In this document: positions 9,410-18,489 of the stretch, piece by piece
Numbering within the stretch: the stretch's first letter is position 1
Layout of the letters: the number at the start of each line of letters is the position of its first letter
DNA from: an uncultured Nitrospiraceae bacterium
GTDB lineage: Bacteria; Nitrospirota; Nitrospiria; Nitrospirales; Nitrospiraceae
Assembly (NCBI GenBank): GCA_963846575.1
Contig: CAWJWJ010000001.1
Location: 32,001-96,000 of the forward strand
Reading direction: 5' to 3'
DNA length: 64,000 bases
Translations under genes and position numbers: made by a program
The notes under the pieces: generated by a model
Told to the model about the DNA's origin: nothing
The model's input: the letters and a program-made list of their open reading frames with translations, nothing else
The model's database searches: none

Positions 9410-10459
9410 ATGAACAATACCCGGACTAAAATCGCCATCGTCGGTGCAGGGAAAGGCGGTGTCGCCCTCTTGGAGCTGCTCCACCAAATACCGGACGTCG
9501 AAATCATCGGCATTACCGATAAGGATCCCGACGCCGTGGGGCTCAAGCGGGCACGGGATTTAAACGTGCGGATTGCCGATGAGGTGGAGGACCTGGTCCA
9601 GAACCACGGAGTCAATCTGATCATGGACGTCACGGGCGATCCCTCCATGGGGTCCTCCATTGATACCATGAAGCGGCCGGGCTCGGAGGTGCTGAGTGGG
9701 GCGACGACGCGATTGTTATGGAATCTTGTGCAACACCAATCGAAATTGGAGGCCGAACTGTTTCAAGCCGACAAATTGGCCGGCCTGGGTTCCTTCGCAG
9801 CCGGCATTGCGCACGACATGAATAATCCCTTGCAACTGATCCTCGGCCTCGCCGAGAACCTCATCGACGAGCAGAATTTGGAGGTCGTCCACGAACAGGC
9901 CCGCGACATCACCGAGGCCGTCAAGCGTACCAGTGCCATCTGCCGCGATCTAACCAGTTATGCCAGGCGTAACGGCACCAGCGAAGCCGTCATGGTGGAC
10001 CTCAACCTGAAAATGGACGAGGCGCTGAAAATCGCCCGTTATGCGGTCACGCTGCAGGACATTACGGTCGTCAAGGATTACGCGGCGGAGGCCGCCGTGA
10101 TCGGAAACCCGGATGAACTACTCCACGTGTTCGTCAATTTAATCACGAATGCCGTCCAGGCTATTACGCATCGAGGGACCTTGACCCTCCGCACCGGCGT
10201 CGGCCAGGAAGGCGGGGTCATCGCCTCCGTCAGCGATACGGGTTGCGGAATCCCCAAAGAAGATCTGTCCAAAATCTTTGAACCGTTATACACCACCAAA
10301 CCACCGGGAAAAGGCACCGGGCTGGGATTGTACAATGTGATGTCGGTGATCTCGAAAATGGAAGGTCACATTTGCGTCGAAAGCGACGTCGGCGTCGGCA
10401 CGACCTTCCGCATCGAGTTTCCCCAAGTCCAGTTGACGATGCCGGGCGCGGCCATATGA
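9410..10459 (+). CDS. Soluble histidine kinase with N-terminal Rossmann-like domain
   Basis: KIAIVGAGKGG; AHDMNNP H-box; NLITNA, DTGCG, GTGLGL. Confidence 0.9.
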   Translation: MNNTRTKIAIVGAGKGGVALLELLHQIPDVEIIGITDKDPDAVGLKRARDLNVRIADEVEDLVQNHGVNLIMDVTGDPSMGSSIDTMKRPGSEVLSGATTRLLWNLVQHQSKLEAELFQADKLAGLGSFAAGIAHDMNNPLQLILGLAENLIDEQNLEVVHEQARDITEAVKRTSAICRDLTSYARRNGTSEAVMVDLNLKMDEALKIARYAVTLQDITVVKDYAAEAAVIGNPDELLHVFVNLITNAVQAITHRGTLTLRTGVGQEGGVIASVSDTGCGIPKEDLSKIFEPLYTTKPPGKGTGLGLYNVMSVISKMEGHICVESDVGVGTTFRIEFPQVQLTMPGAAI

Positions 10460-12936
10460 CCATCACCTCGCTCCCGTTTTCAAAAGCCCTTGGGTGGGGA
10501 CTCAAGCGCAAATTGATTGTGTCCATGCTGTTGGTCGGCGTAGTCCCGCTTTTGCTCGGTCTCAGCATGGCCTTCCTGCAAGGGTCGAAGGAAATCCAAG
10601 TAGTCAGTGGCGAAAGTTTTCAGGCCTTGGCCACTGAAGCCGCTCGAAAATTGGATTTGCTAGTCGCGGAGGAGGTGGCCAGGACCTCACGGATCGCCAT
10701 CCATCCGGACATTGTGCGAGAGCTAGAACATCGTCGTGACGTCCTGCATACGCCGGAGAAGACGCCGGCGCATCTCGCCCTCACCCAGATGAAGACGCAT
10801 TGGGATGCGCGCGAGCCCGCGGCGTTGAAGGCGCTCACGGAGAATCCCACTGCCGTGCTCCTACGCGGATTCTATGCGGGCGCCCAGAATGAATCCGACC
10901 TGCTGCTGCCCCAAGTCGTGCGCGCCGCCACCAAGAAATTGTTCATCACGGACGTACAAGGGAATCTCTTCGCGGCCTTAACCGCAAAACCCGCTTCCAC
11001 ACATGCCGAGAGCCATTGGTGGCAAGGCGCCTACAACAAGGGAGTCGGCCAACTCTACATCGAGGACCTTCATTTCGATGATCAGGTCAATACCTATGTG
11101 GTCAGCCTGTCGCTTCCCATCATGGACAGCCTCCGGTACGAAGTGGTTGGCGTCCTCCATCGGGTGATCGATGCCAAGGAATTTTTCTCTCCCGCCACCC
11201 ATCCCATTCGATTCGGCAAGACCGGGCATGTCATGTTGATCGACAGCCGGGGAACGGTTCTCAGTTGTCCCATCCTCCCGACCGGCGTGAGGTTGTCAGA
11301 CCCCGCGCTCATCCCCCATGTGACGGTACGCGAGCCGGGCTGGGTCACAGCCGACAGCGACGGACACGGCGGCAGCGGAACCGCTATCATCGGATTTGCT
11401 CCCCTTCCCGAAACCAGCCGCGCCACGAACGGCGCTCTCGACAAGGGAGCATGGCATACATTCGTCTGGCAGTCGTCCGACGAGCTCTTCGCGCCGATCC
11501 GCCATCTCATGCTGTGGATGGGTATCCTGGCTCTCGTGGCGCTCGGCCTACTCGCCACGCTGGGGTATTTCGCGGCCAGCCGGATTGTGACGCCGGTCCG
11601 CAGACTGCAAGAAGCGGCCCGGCTCATCGGACGGGGAGAGTTGCACGAGCCGATACAGATTCGCACGGGCGATGAACTGGAGGAACTCGCGGTGGAGTTC
11701 AACCGGATGCATACTCAACTCGAAGCCGCCTTTGCCGGGTTGAATACGCAGGTCGAAGAAAAAACGCAGGAAGTTCAATATCTGCAGAAATCGACCGATC
11801 AGGTCCTCGACGCCGTCCCCACTCCGATCATCATGATCGATCAACAGGACCGCATCCAATATATGAACCGGGCATCGCGGGAGGCCCTCAACACAAGCGA
11901 GGATGGTTGGTTGACGCGCCCTCTCTTCGACCTGCTGCCGATCGACCAGGAACACCTCGACGCTCTACGGCACCAGCTGCGCGCCGTGGAGGATGGCGTC
12001 TCCACTGGCACCTCTCTTCCTGACCGGGAACAGGCAGTCCCGGTCGCTCGCGATCCCCTGAACCCAACCATCGCCCAGGCAGCGGCTTCAAGCCGTCGTG
12101 AAGTGTCCATCGGCCCGCATCTGTACCACTATGAGTGGTTCCCTCTGGAAACCCGTATCGGAGCCGACAAGCGATTCGGACTTGTGCTCCGCGACACGAC
12201 CGATGAGAGCCGGTTGCAGGATCAGCTGATTCAAGCGGAGAAATCCGGCAGTCTCGACGTGTTGACCGCCGGCATCGGACATGAGCTCAACAATCCACTC
12301 TTCGGTATTCTTGGTCTCGGTGAGGCGATTCAGGAAGAGGGCGATCTGGCGCGCGCCAAGGGCTACGCACAGGACATCATCGGTCACGGCCGTAAGATGG
12401 CAGCCATCATTCGAGACTTCACCGGAGTGGCAACGCGTGAATCAAAGAGCCAGCGGATACCAGTGGACGTCACGGCGCAATTGGAGCAAGCGCTGGCAAT
12501 TGTGCAAACGTCGCACGATTGCCTGGGGCTGAACGTTCAGAAACATTATGTCCCGCTCCCCCCTGTGACGGCGCTGCCGGACCAACTCCGGCTGGCCTTT
12601 ATCAACATTCTCACGAATGCCATCCAGGCCATGGGCGGACGGGGCGATTTATGGTTGAGCACAGAAGAACAAGGCGGGGTGGTCACCATTAAAATCCGCG
12701 ATAACGGGCCAGGCATTCCCAAGCAGCATCTCGGGAAGGTCTTCGACCCGTTTTTTACGACCAAAGGCCAGGGAGAAGGCTCCGGACTCGGTCTCACCGT
12801 GGCACAACGACTCATCAAGAAATTCGGCGGCGACATCCGGCTTGAGTGTCCGGAGGGCAAAGGCACGACCTGTGTGATGACCCTGCCGGCGGACAAGGCC
12901 GGTGTGCGAAAGGAGGAGCCATGCGTTCCATCCTGA
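10456..12936 (+). CDS. Membrane sensor histidine kinase (Cache-like, HAMP, PAS, HisKA, HATPase)
   Basis: Two TMs flanking a large periplasmic domain, HAMP (GDELEELAVEFNRM), GHELNNP, DPFFTTK; ATGA overlap. Confidence 0.92.
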   Translation: MTITSLPFSKALGWGLKRKLIVSMLLVGVVPLLLGLSMAFLQGSKEIQVVSGESFQALATEAARKLDLLVAEEVARTSRIAIHPDIVRELEHRRDVLHTPEKTPAHLALTQMKTHWDAREPAALKALTENPTAVLLRGFYAGAQNESDLLLPQVVRAATKKLFITDVQGNLFAALTAKPASTHAESHWWQGAYNKGVGQLYIEDLHFDDQVNTYVVSLSLPIMDSLRYEVVGVLHRVIDAKEFFSPATHPIRFGKTGHVMLIDSRGTVLSCPILPTGVRLSDPALIPHVTVREPGWVTADSDGHGGSGTAIIGFAPLPETSRATNGALDKGAWHTFVWQSSDELFAPIRHLMLWMGILALVALGLLATLGYFAASRIVTPVRRLQEAARLIGRGELHEPIQIRTGDELEELAVEFNRMHTQLEAAFAGLNTQVEEKTQEVQYLQKSTDQVLDAVPTPIIMIDQQDRIQYMNRASREALNTSEDGWLTRPLFDLLPIDQEHLDALRHQLRAVEDGVSTGTSLPDREQAVPVARDPLNPTIAQAAASSRREVSIGPHLYHYEWFPLETRIGADKRFGLVLRDTTDESRLQDQLIQAEKSGSLDVLTAGIGHELNNPLFGILGLGEAIQEEGDLARAKGYAQDIIGHGRKMAAIIRDFTGVATRESKSQRIPVDVTAQLEQALAIVQTSHDCLGLNVQKHYVPLPPVTALPDQLRLAFINILTNAIQAMGGRGDLWLSTEEQGGVVTIKIRDNGPGIPKQHLGKVFDPFFTTKGQGEGSGLGLTVAQRLIKKFGGDIRLECPEGKGTTCVMTLPADKAGVRKEEPCVPS

Positions 12937-13514
12937 CAATCGTCCGGTCACGCCCACTCTGGTGTGCGTTGATTCTAGCCTGTGCCTCAACCTATTCCCT
13001 GCAGGCGAAGGATGTCCCGCCGCCTCCAATGATTGCCCCCGAAAAAGTCGCGGACTACGTACATGCCGTACTCGATGCCGACCGCACGATCTACACGAAC
13101 CAGGTCGTGAACCGGATGCAGGCCAAAGGCATTGTGTCCGCCGCGGAACATTGGGAACACGAAAATGCCTTGCCCTTGCCCGCGCAATTTCTCCAGCACT
13201 CGGGAAAACTGGTGGCTGAATCCGGCCGAGGCATTCGCTACCGGCTCATCAGCCTCTGGCCGGTGTACCAGCGGAACGCTCCCGCCACTGCACTGGAACG
13301 ACAAGCGCTCGAAAGTTTTGCCAAAACGCCGGATCGGCCCTTCACCGGCATTGTGTCGAGCGGCCGCAAACAATACTTTCAGGCCATCTATGCAGACCGT
13401 GCAATTTCCAACGCCTGCGTCAAATGTCACAATAGTCATCCCCTCAGCCCGAAACGAGACTTTGCGCTTAACGATGTGATGGGCGGGATGACGATTACCA
13501 TCCCCTTGGACTGA
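12921..13514 (+). CDS. Exported DUF3365 (Tll0287-like) c-type heme protein
   Basis: Signal peptide, PLPAQF, YRLIS, CVKCH heme motif, DVMGG. Confidence 0.85.
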   Translation: MRSILTIVRSRPLWCALILACASTYSLQAKDVPPPPMIAPEKVADYVHAVLDADRTIYTNQVVNRMQAKGIVSAAEHWEHENALPLPAQFLQHSGKLVAESGRGIRYRLISLWPVYQRNAPATALERQALESFAKTPDRPFTGIVSSGRKQYFQAIYADRAISNACVKCHNSHPLSPKRDFALNDVMGGMTITIPLD

Positions 13515-13682
13515 GCCAGGCGCCTTGCCGTTACAGGGCGACCGTCCGCGCAAGGAGGATGACGGTTAGTCTCAGCAGACTCCTCACACCTTTCTTCCCG
13601 TTCTAGCCAGATCCTTCGCAGGGTTGCCTGACTTCATGCACCAGAGGAGTCGGAACGGAGTCTGCTCCTAGCCGGGAGCAGG

Positions 13683-13712
13683 AAACTGCCCGGCGAACGG
13701 CTCGCCGGGCAG
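13683..13712 (-). terminator. Probable intrinsic terminator of the PBP1b-bactofilin transcript
   Basis: 11-bp perfect stem CTGCCCGGCGA/TCGCCGGGCAG followed by TTT on the minus strand. Confidence 0.6.
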
Positions 13713-13768
13713 AAGCCACGTTCAAGAAGGGCAGATGTCGGAGAGACGATGGGATGAAAGAGGCAGGA

Positions 13769-14209
13769 TCAGGCGTTTTCGCCGAGCGCTGCGAGGACCT
13801 TGGGGCGCTGGGCGGAAAGCTCCCGCACGTTGCCCGGAAGTTTCTGCGTCTCATCCCCCCACGAGGCGACACCCATGTCCGACAGCCCTTGGAACTTTGC
13901 GCCATCCTCCATGGAAAACGACGGCGCATGGACCTCGCCGACGAGGATGCCGGTTTTCAACAGCTGCAGGCGCTCGGTTGCGGTCACAGTCGCCTTGATC
14001 CTTCCACTACTGATGATCGTCCCGGCATGGATCGTCCCCTGCACCACGCCGTCTTCGCCGATGACGACGGTGCCGGTGGTGTGCAGATCGCCCTCGAGTC
14101 GGCCATCGATACGAACCGTGCCCTCCACCCGTATTTCACCTCTGAGCAAGACGCCTTTGGCCAACAGAGTGATATTGTCGCTCTCCGCAAAACCGGACTT
14201 CTTCATCAT
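13769..14209 (-). CDS. Bactofilin (polymer-forming cytoskeletal protein)
   Basis: GTVRIDGRLEG, VIGEDGVVQG, MEDGAKFQG; SD AGGAG. Confidence 0.92.
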   Translation of the reverse strand: MMKKSGFAESDNITLLAKGVLLRGEIRVEGTVRIDGRLEGDLHTTGTVVIGEDGVVQGTIHAGTIISSGRIKATVTATERLQLLKTGILVGEVHAPSFSMEDGAKFQGLSDMGVASWGDETQKLPGNVRELSAQRPKVLAALGENA

Positions 14210-14296
14210 TGCAAGCTCCTTGTCGTAGACAGTGACGGAAGAACTGAAGGACCATCCCAACATGAAAGCGAGCCTACACCAGGATTTTGATCGCAT

Positions 14297-16594
14297 CTAG
14301 GAAAAACCAAAACTGCGCTTCAACCGTTCCCAAAATCCGCTGCCATGCACCTCGCAATACACCGCGGGCTCCGTGCCTTCAATAAACAGCTCCGATACTC
14401 GTTGCGGACAGCGCGAGGTAGCCAATTGCGCGGTCTTGGGATCGATGTCGCGTGTCAGCACGGCCGGAGGCACCGCCACCGCGCGCGGGGAGGCCGGCAG
14501 GATCTCGCGCATGAATTCCACCCACATGGGGAGCGCCGCTTGCGCCCCCGTCAGATGCAGCGCCGCCTCCTCATCGAAGCCCACCCACACGCCGACGACG
14601 ACGTCAGGCGTATATCCGACGAACCAGGCATCGCGGTAGCCGTCAGTCGTACCGGTCTTTCCCGCCACGCTGCCACGGAGGCCCATCGCCCTCGCTTTCG
14701 ACGCCGTGCCGCGCTCGACCACGCCGGTGAGCATCGACGTCATGACAAACGCAGCCTGCGGGGAGACCGCCTGATGCCGTTCGGGCGTGTGACGCCAGGC
14801 CGGGTCTCCTTCCGGCGTCATCACAGCCTGTGCCGCCGTCGGTGCCACAAAAACACCTTCGTAGGCCAGGGCGCCGAAGGCCGCGGTTATTTCCAGGAGC
14901 GAGACGCCGGAAGTGCCCAGGGCAATGGAGAGATTGTCCGCTAGAACACTACGAATACCGAGACGCTTGGCCAGTTGTAAGATTCGCTTCGTACCAACCG
15001 TCTGCGCCACCTTGACCGCAGGCACGTTCAATGACTGTTCCAAGGCGGTCCGTAACGAGACGGTGCCATGAAACTTATGGTCGTAGTTCTGAGGTTGCCA
15101 GAGCCGGGCGCCGGATTCAAACGTGACCGGTTCATCGACAATCAGCGTGGCGGCCGTGATCGGCTGCCCGTCGGCCAGTTCACGCCCCGCGTCCAATGCC
15201 GCGAGATACACCAACGGCTTGAACAATGATCCCGGCTGCCGCTTCGCTTGCACCGCCCGGTTGAACTGGCTGGCTCGATAGTCCCGGCTGCCCACCATGG
15301 CCAGGATGGCTCCGGTTGCAGGATCGAGGGCGACCATGGCGCCCTGTACCACATCGCCGTGGCCGGCCAAGGCCGGATAGGCCGTTTCAAGTTTCACAAG
15401 ACCGCTGCTTAGCATCTGCGTGGCCAGACGCTGCAAGATGGGGTCGAGCGTCGTATAGACCCGGACTCCATCCGGCAACGGAGCGCCCGTCGTCTCCTCC
15501 ATTTGCCGCAGCAGATAATCGACAAAGAAGGGAGCGTCAGCCAACGTGTCTTGAAGCGGTACGACCTTGACCGGCGCCACGGTACCCTGCTGCCATTCCT
15601 GGTCGGTCACCAAGCCCTGGTCGTGCAGTCGTCCCAGGACGACATCGCGACGCTGTTTGGCGAGGGCGGGATTTCGAATGGGTGAATAGGTATTGGGCCC
15701 CTTGATCATGCCGACCAGAAGGGTCGTTTCCCCGAGAGTGAGCGCATCCATGCGTTTGCCGAAATACCGGTGAGCAGCCTCGCCCACCCCATAGATTGAG
15801 ACGGACCCCACCTGGCCGAGATAAATTTCGTTCACATAACTCTCGAGGATCGCTTTCTTCGGATATTTCGCCTCCAGGACCAACGCCGCGATGGACTCTT
15901 TGAGCTTTCTGCCGAAGGTGCGTTGCGGTGAATAAAAGAGATTCTTGGCCAATTGCTGCGTAATGGTGCTGCCGCCCTGAATGACCGTGCCGCGAACGGC
16001 GTTCGTCCACACCGCCCGGGCGACGGCGACGGGATCGAGCCCCGGATGGCTGAAGAACCGCCGGTCTTCGATCGCAAGCAATACATCGATAAATCGGGCG
16101 GGCATGTCGTCATACGGCACCCATTCCCGAACCTGGCGGGAGGCGCCGCGCAGGCCACTGACCAACTGCGGCTCCAGATAGGCGGGAAACAGCTCGTCAC
16201 CATGCTCGATCGAAAGAACTTTGACCACCCTCCCTCGATCGAGCACCAGCCGGGTCGGGATCGGCCTCAGATGCAGATCGGCGAACTCATGCAGATAAAT
16301 GTCGATTTCCTGAGGCGTGGCGCGGTAGTCACCGGGCAGGCGCACCGCGGTATCGACGGCGCGATATCCGAGTTGGTTGAGGCGTTCGAGAAGATGCGAC
16401 GCAGCGATGTCCAGGTCCGGCTTCAGAAGAAACGGCGCGCCGTAAATGAGGCGAGGGGGATGGTCGTCGCCGGTGGGCAGTGCCAGGCTGGCCGACAAGT
16501 AGAGGCCATAGGCCAATGCCATCCCCCCCACCAGGGCGACGACACCGATTAAGCCGAAAACTGCACGTACAACCCAGCGTCTGCCGAACGTCAC
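14297..16594 (-). CDS. mrcB: Class A penicillin-binding protein 1B
   Basis: EDRRF, GGSTITQQLAKN, SLFK (SxxK), SLN, KTGT, UB2H-like region; start uncertain (frame open to 16729). Confidence 0.9.
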   Translation of the reverse strand: MTFGRRWVVRAVFGLIGVVALVGGMALAYGLYLSASLALPTGDDHPPRLIYGAPFLLKPDLDIAASHLLERLNQLGYRAVDTAVRLPGDYRATPQEIDIYLHEFADLHLRPIPTRLVLDRGRVVKVLSIEHGDELFPAYLEPQLVSGLRGASRQVREWVPYDDMPARFIDVLLAIEDRRFFSHPGLDPVAVARAVWTNAVRGTVIQGGSTITQQLAKNLFYSPQRTFGRKLKESIAALVLEAKYPKKAILESYVNEIYLGQVGSVSIYGVGEAAHRYFGKRMDALTLGETTLLVGMIKGPNTYSPIRNPALAKQRRDVVLGRLHDQGLVTDQEWQQGTVAPVKVVPLQDTLADAPFFVDYLLRQMEETTGAPLPDGVRVYTTLDPILQRLATQMLSSGLVKLETAYPALAGHGDVVQGAMVALDPATGAILAMVGSRDYRASQFNRAVQAKRQPGSLFKPLVYLAALDAGRELADGQPITAATLIVDEPVTFESGARLWQPQNYDHKFHGTVSLRTALEQSLNVPAVKVAQTVGTKRILQLAKRLGIRSVLADNLSIALGTSGVSLLEITAAFGALAYEGVFVAPTAAQAVMTPEGDPAWRHTPERHQAVSPQAAFVMTSMLTGVVERGTASKARAMGLRGSVAGKTGTTDGYRDAWFVGYTPDVVVGVWVGFDEEAALHLTGAQAALPMWVEFMREILPASPRAVAVPPAVLTRDIDPKTAQLATSRCPQRVSELFIEGTEPAVYCEVHGSGFWERLKRSFGFS

Positions 16595-16717
16595 TCCCGC
16601 ATCCCCATATCCGCGAGCATACGCGATCCGGGAAACGAAATCACATGTGTCTACCACGCCCGACGCAGAAGAAAGCAGGTCTCTCGACCTTGACAAAACC
16701 TCTCCTGTCATCTTAGA

Positions 16718-16732
16718 TGGCGCCAGCATTGC
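16718..16732 (+). promoter_or_regulatory. Putative sigma54 promoter of the FadL-family gene
   Basis: TGGCGC-CAGCA-TTGC. Confidence 0.5.
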
Positions 16733-16827
16733 GATTCTACGCTCTAGTACCTAGCTCAGGGGTGATGAGGACCATACCGGTGGCTACACGACATCCGCTC
16801 CGAAACCTGGAAGCGCAGGAGTCCGTC

Positions 16828-18267
16828 ATGCCCCATCTCTCTCCACCCCGCATCGCCGAATCCCCCTCCGCTTTCCCGAGGCGTGGCACCACGCGCCCGG
16901 TCGCCGGACGAACCATAGCCTGGAGCCTCCTCACGGTCGCCATGTTGGCGAGCGCTCCGTCCCCGGTCCGGGCCGGAAGTCTTCGCCTCTACGATCAAAG
17001 CGCCTCCGCTACCGGTCAGGCTTCGGCGTTCATCGCTCAGGCCGACGATGCCTCGGCAGGCTATTACAATCCGGCCGGCATGACTCAGCTCCGGGGCGTC
17101 CAGTTCTCGGCCGGTACGACATTCTTAGGCGGGGGATTTTCCTTTCAGAATGCGGCAGGTGCGCAGGCGAATGGTGACCTCCGGGGTAGCGTGGCACTCC
17201 CGCCCCCTTCGAATCTCTATGTGACGGCCAATCTGAAGGATCTCGGACTCGGAACGTCCGACAGCACCACCATCGGCCTGGCCGTCTTCAGTCCGTTCGG
17301 TACCTTGACCCGCTGGTCCGATAGCGGGCCCTTTGCCACGGCCGCGACCAAAACCGCATTGGAACTCATCGACATTCGCCCGTCCATTGCCTTTAGACCG
17401 CTGCCGAACCTGGCCATCGGGTTGGGGGCCGACATCTACACGTTTTCAGGCGCATTCGGCGAAGGTCAGGTCGAGCGGCAATTCCGTTGGCCCGGGGGGC
17501 TCGGCATTCCGGGAGGCACCGGCATGGAGTTGCAGGGACGAGACACTGCGGCAGGATTCAACGCGAGCCTGCTCTATACACCATTGCGAAACGGAGACGG
17601 ACTACCGCTCGTCAACATCGGGTTTATGTATCGCAGCCAAGCCACCCTTCATCTGAATGGGCAATTGCTCGCCGGTGGCGCCCTTGTCGCAGATGCCCGC
17701 ACGACCTTCGTACTCCCGCAGGTCTTCACCGGCGGCATCGCCCTCTGGCCGGTTCGTGATCAGGATCGTGAATGGAAATTGGAAGTGGATATCGATTACA
17801 CCGGCTGGAAATCGGTTCGCAACCTGGATACGACGCTCTCCAACGGTCTGACGATCGCCACTCCCGCCAACTGGATCAGCGGCTACACCGTCATGATCGG
17901 CACGGAATACAAATGGCTCAGGCCCAAGCCTCTCCCGGATTGGGATGTCGCGTTGCGTGCCGGCTACTGGAATTCCCAAAAAGCCATTCCGGACCAGACG
18001 TTCAACCCAGCCATTCCCGATGGCGACCAGCACGCCGTCTCCGCGGGCGTGGGATTCATGTGCCGGGAGAAAGGCCAATTTCTAGGCGTCATTCCCTGTG
18101 GCGGGTCGGACAAACCGTTTAGGCCAAAGGGATTCGGGATCGACCTGGCCTACCAGGCTATTCTGTATGAAACGAGAACCATTGCCGGCAATCTGAATCC
18201 GACGGTCAATGGAACCTATCGCAGCACCTTGCACGTGGGCTCCCTCAATCTGCGAGTCAATTTTTAG
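16828..18267 (+). CDS. fadL: FadL/OmpP1-family outer-membrane transporter
   Basis: Signal peptide, ADDASAGYYNPAGM hatch motif, IPDGD, C-terminal Phe. Confidence 0.88.
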   Translation: MPHLSPPRIAESPSAFPRRGTTRPVAGRTIAWSLLTVAMLASAPSPVRAGSLRLYDQSASATGQASAFIAQADDASAGYYNPAGMTQLRGVQFSAGTTFLGGGFSFQNAAGAQANGDLRGSVALPPPSNLYVTANLKDLGLGTSDSTTIGLAVFSPFGTLTRWSDSGPFATAATKTALELIDIRPSIAFRPLPNLAIGLGADIYTFSGAFGEGQVERQFRWPGGLGIPGGTGMELQGRDTAAGFNASLLYTPLRNGDGLPLVNIGFMYRSQATLHLNGQLLAGGALVADARTTFVLPQVFTGGIALWPVRDQDREWKLEVDIDYTGWKSVRNLDTTLSNGLTIATPANWISGYTVMIGTEYKWLRPKPLPDWDVALRAGYWNSQKAIPDQTFNPAIPDGDQHAVSAGVGFMCREKGQFLGVIPCGGSDKPFRPKGFGIDLAYQAILYETRTIAGNLNPTVNGTYRSTLHVGSLNLRVNF

Positions 18268-18489
18268 ACGCACGTTTGAGGGGCCTGCTACCGACACGCA
18301 CCTAGACGTTGCTGCACATCCGCGTCCTGGTACCGATGACAGCCGGAGGAAGGTCCTCCCCGTCGGCCTCCCTGAATGCGCAACGACACCTGGCCGGCGC
18401 CCTTCCTCTCACTGGTCATCTTTTATTGTTCAGCGGAAGCATTGATCGGCCAGGTCAGGACATTCCCGTTGCGACCTCTCCCGACTGAG

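Noticed and set aside
13552..13606. AAGGAGG followed by a 15-aa ORF
   Set aside because: No spacing between SD and ATG.
13615..13660. TGAAGTCAGGCAACC on the minus strand resembling the SAM-I core
   Set aside because: Lacks the ATC/GAT P1 and GAGGGA elements and is not upstream of a gene.
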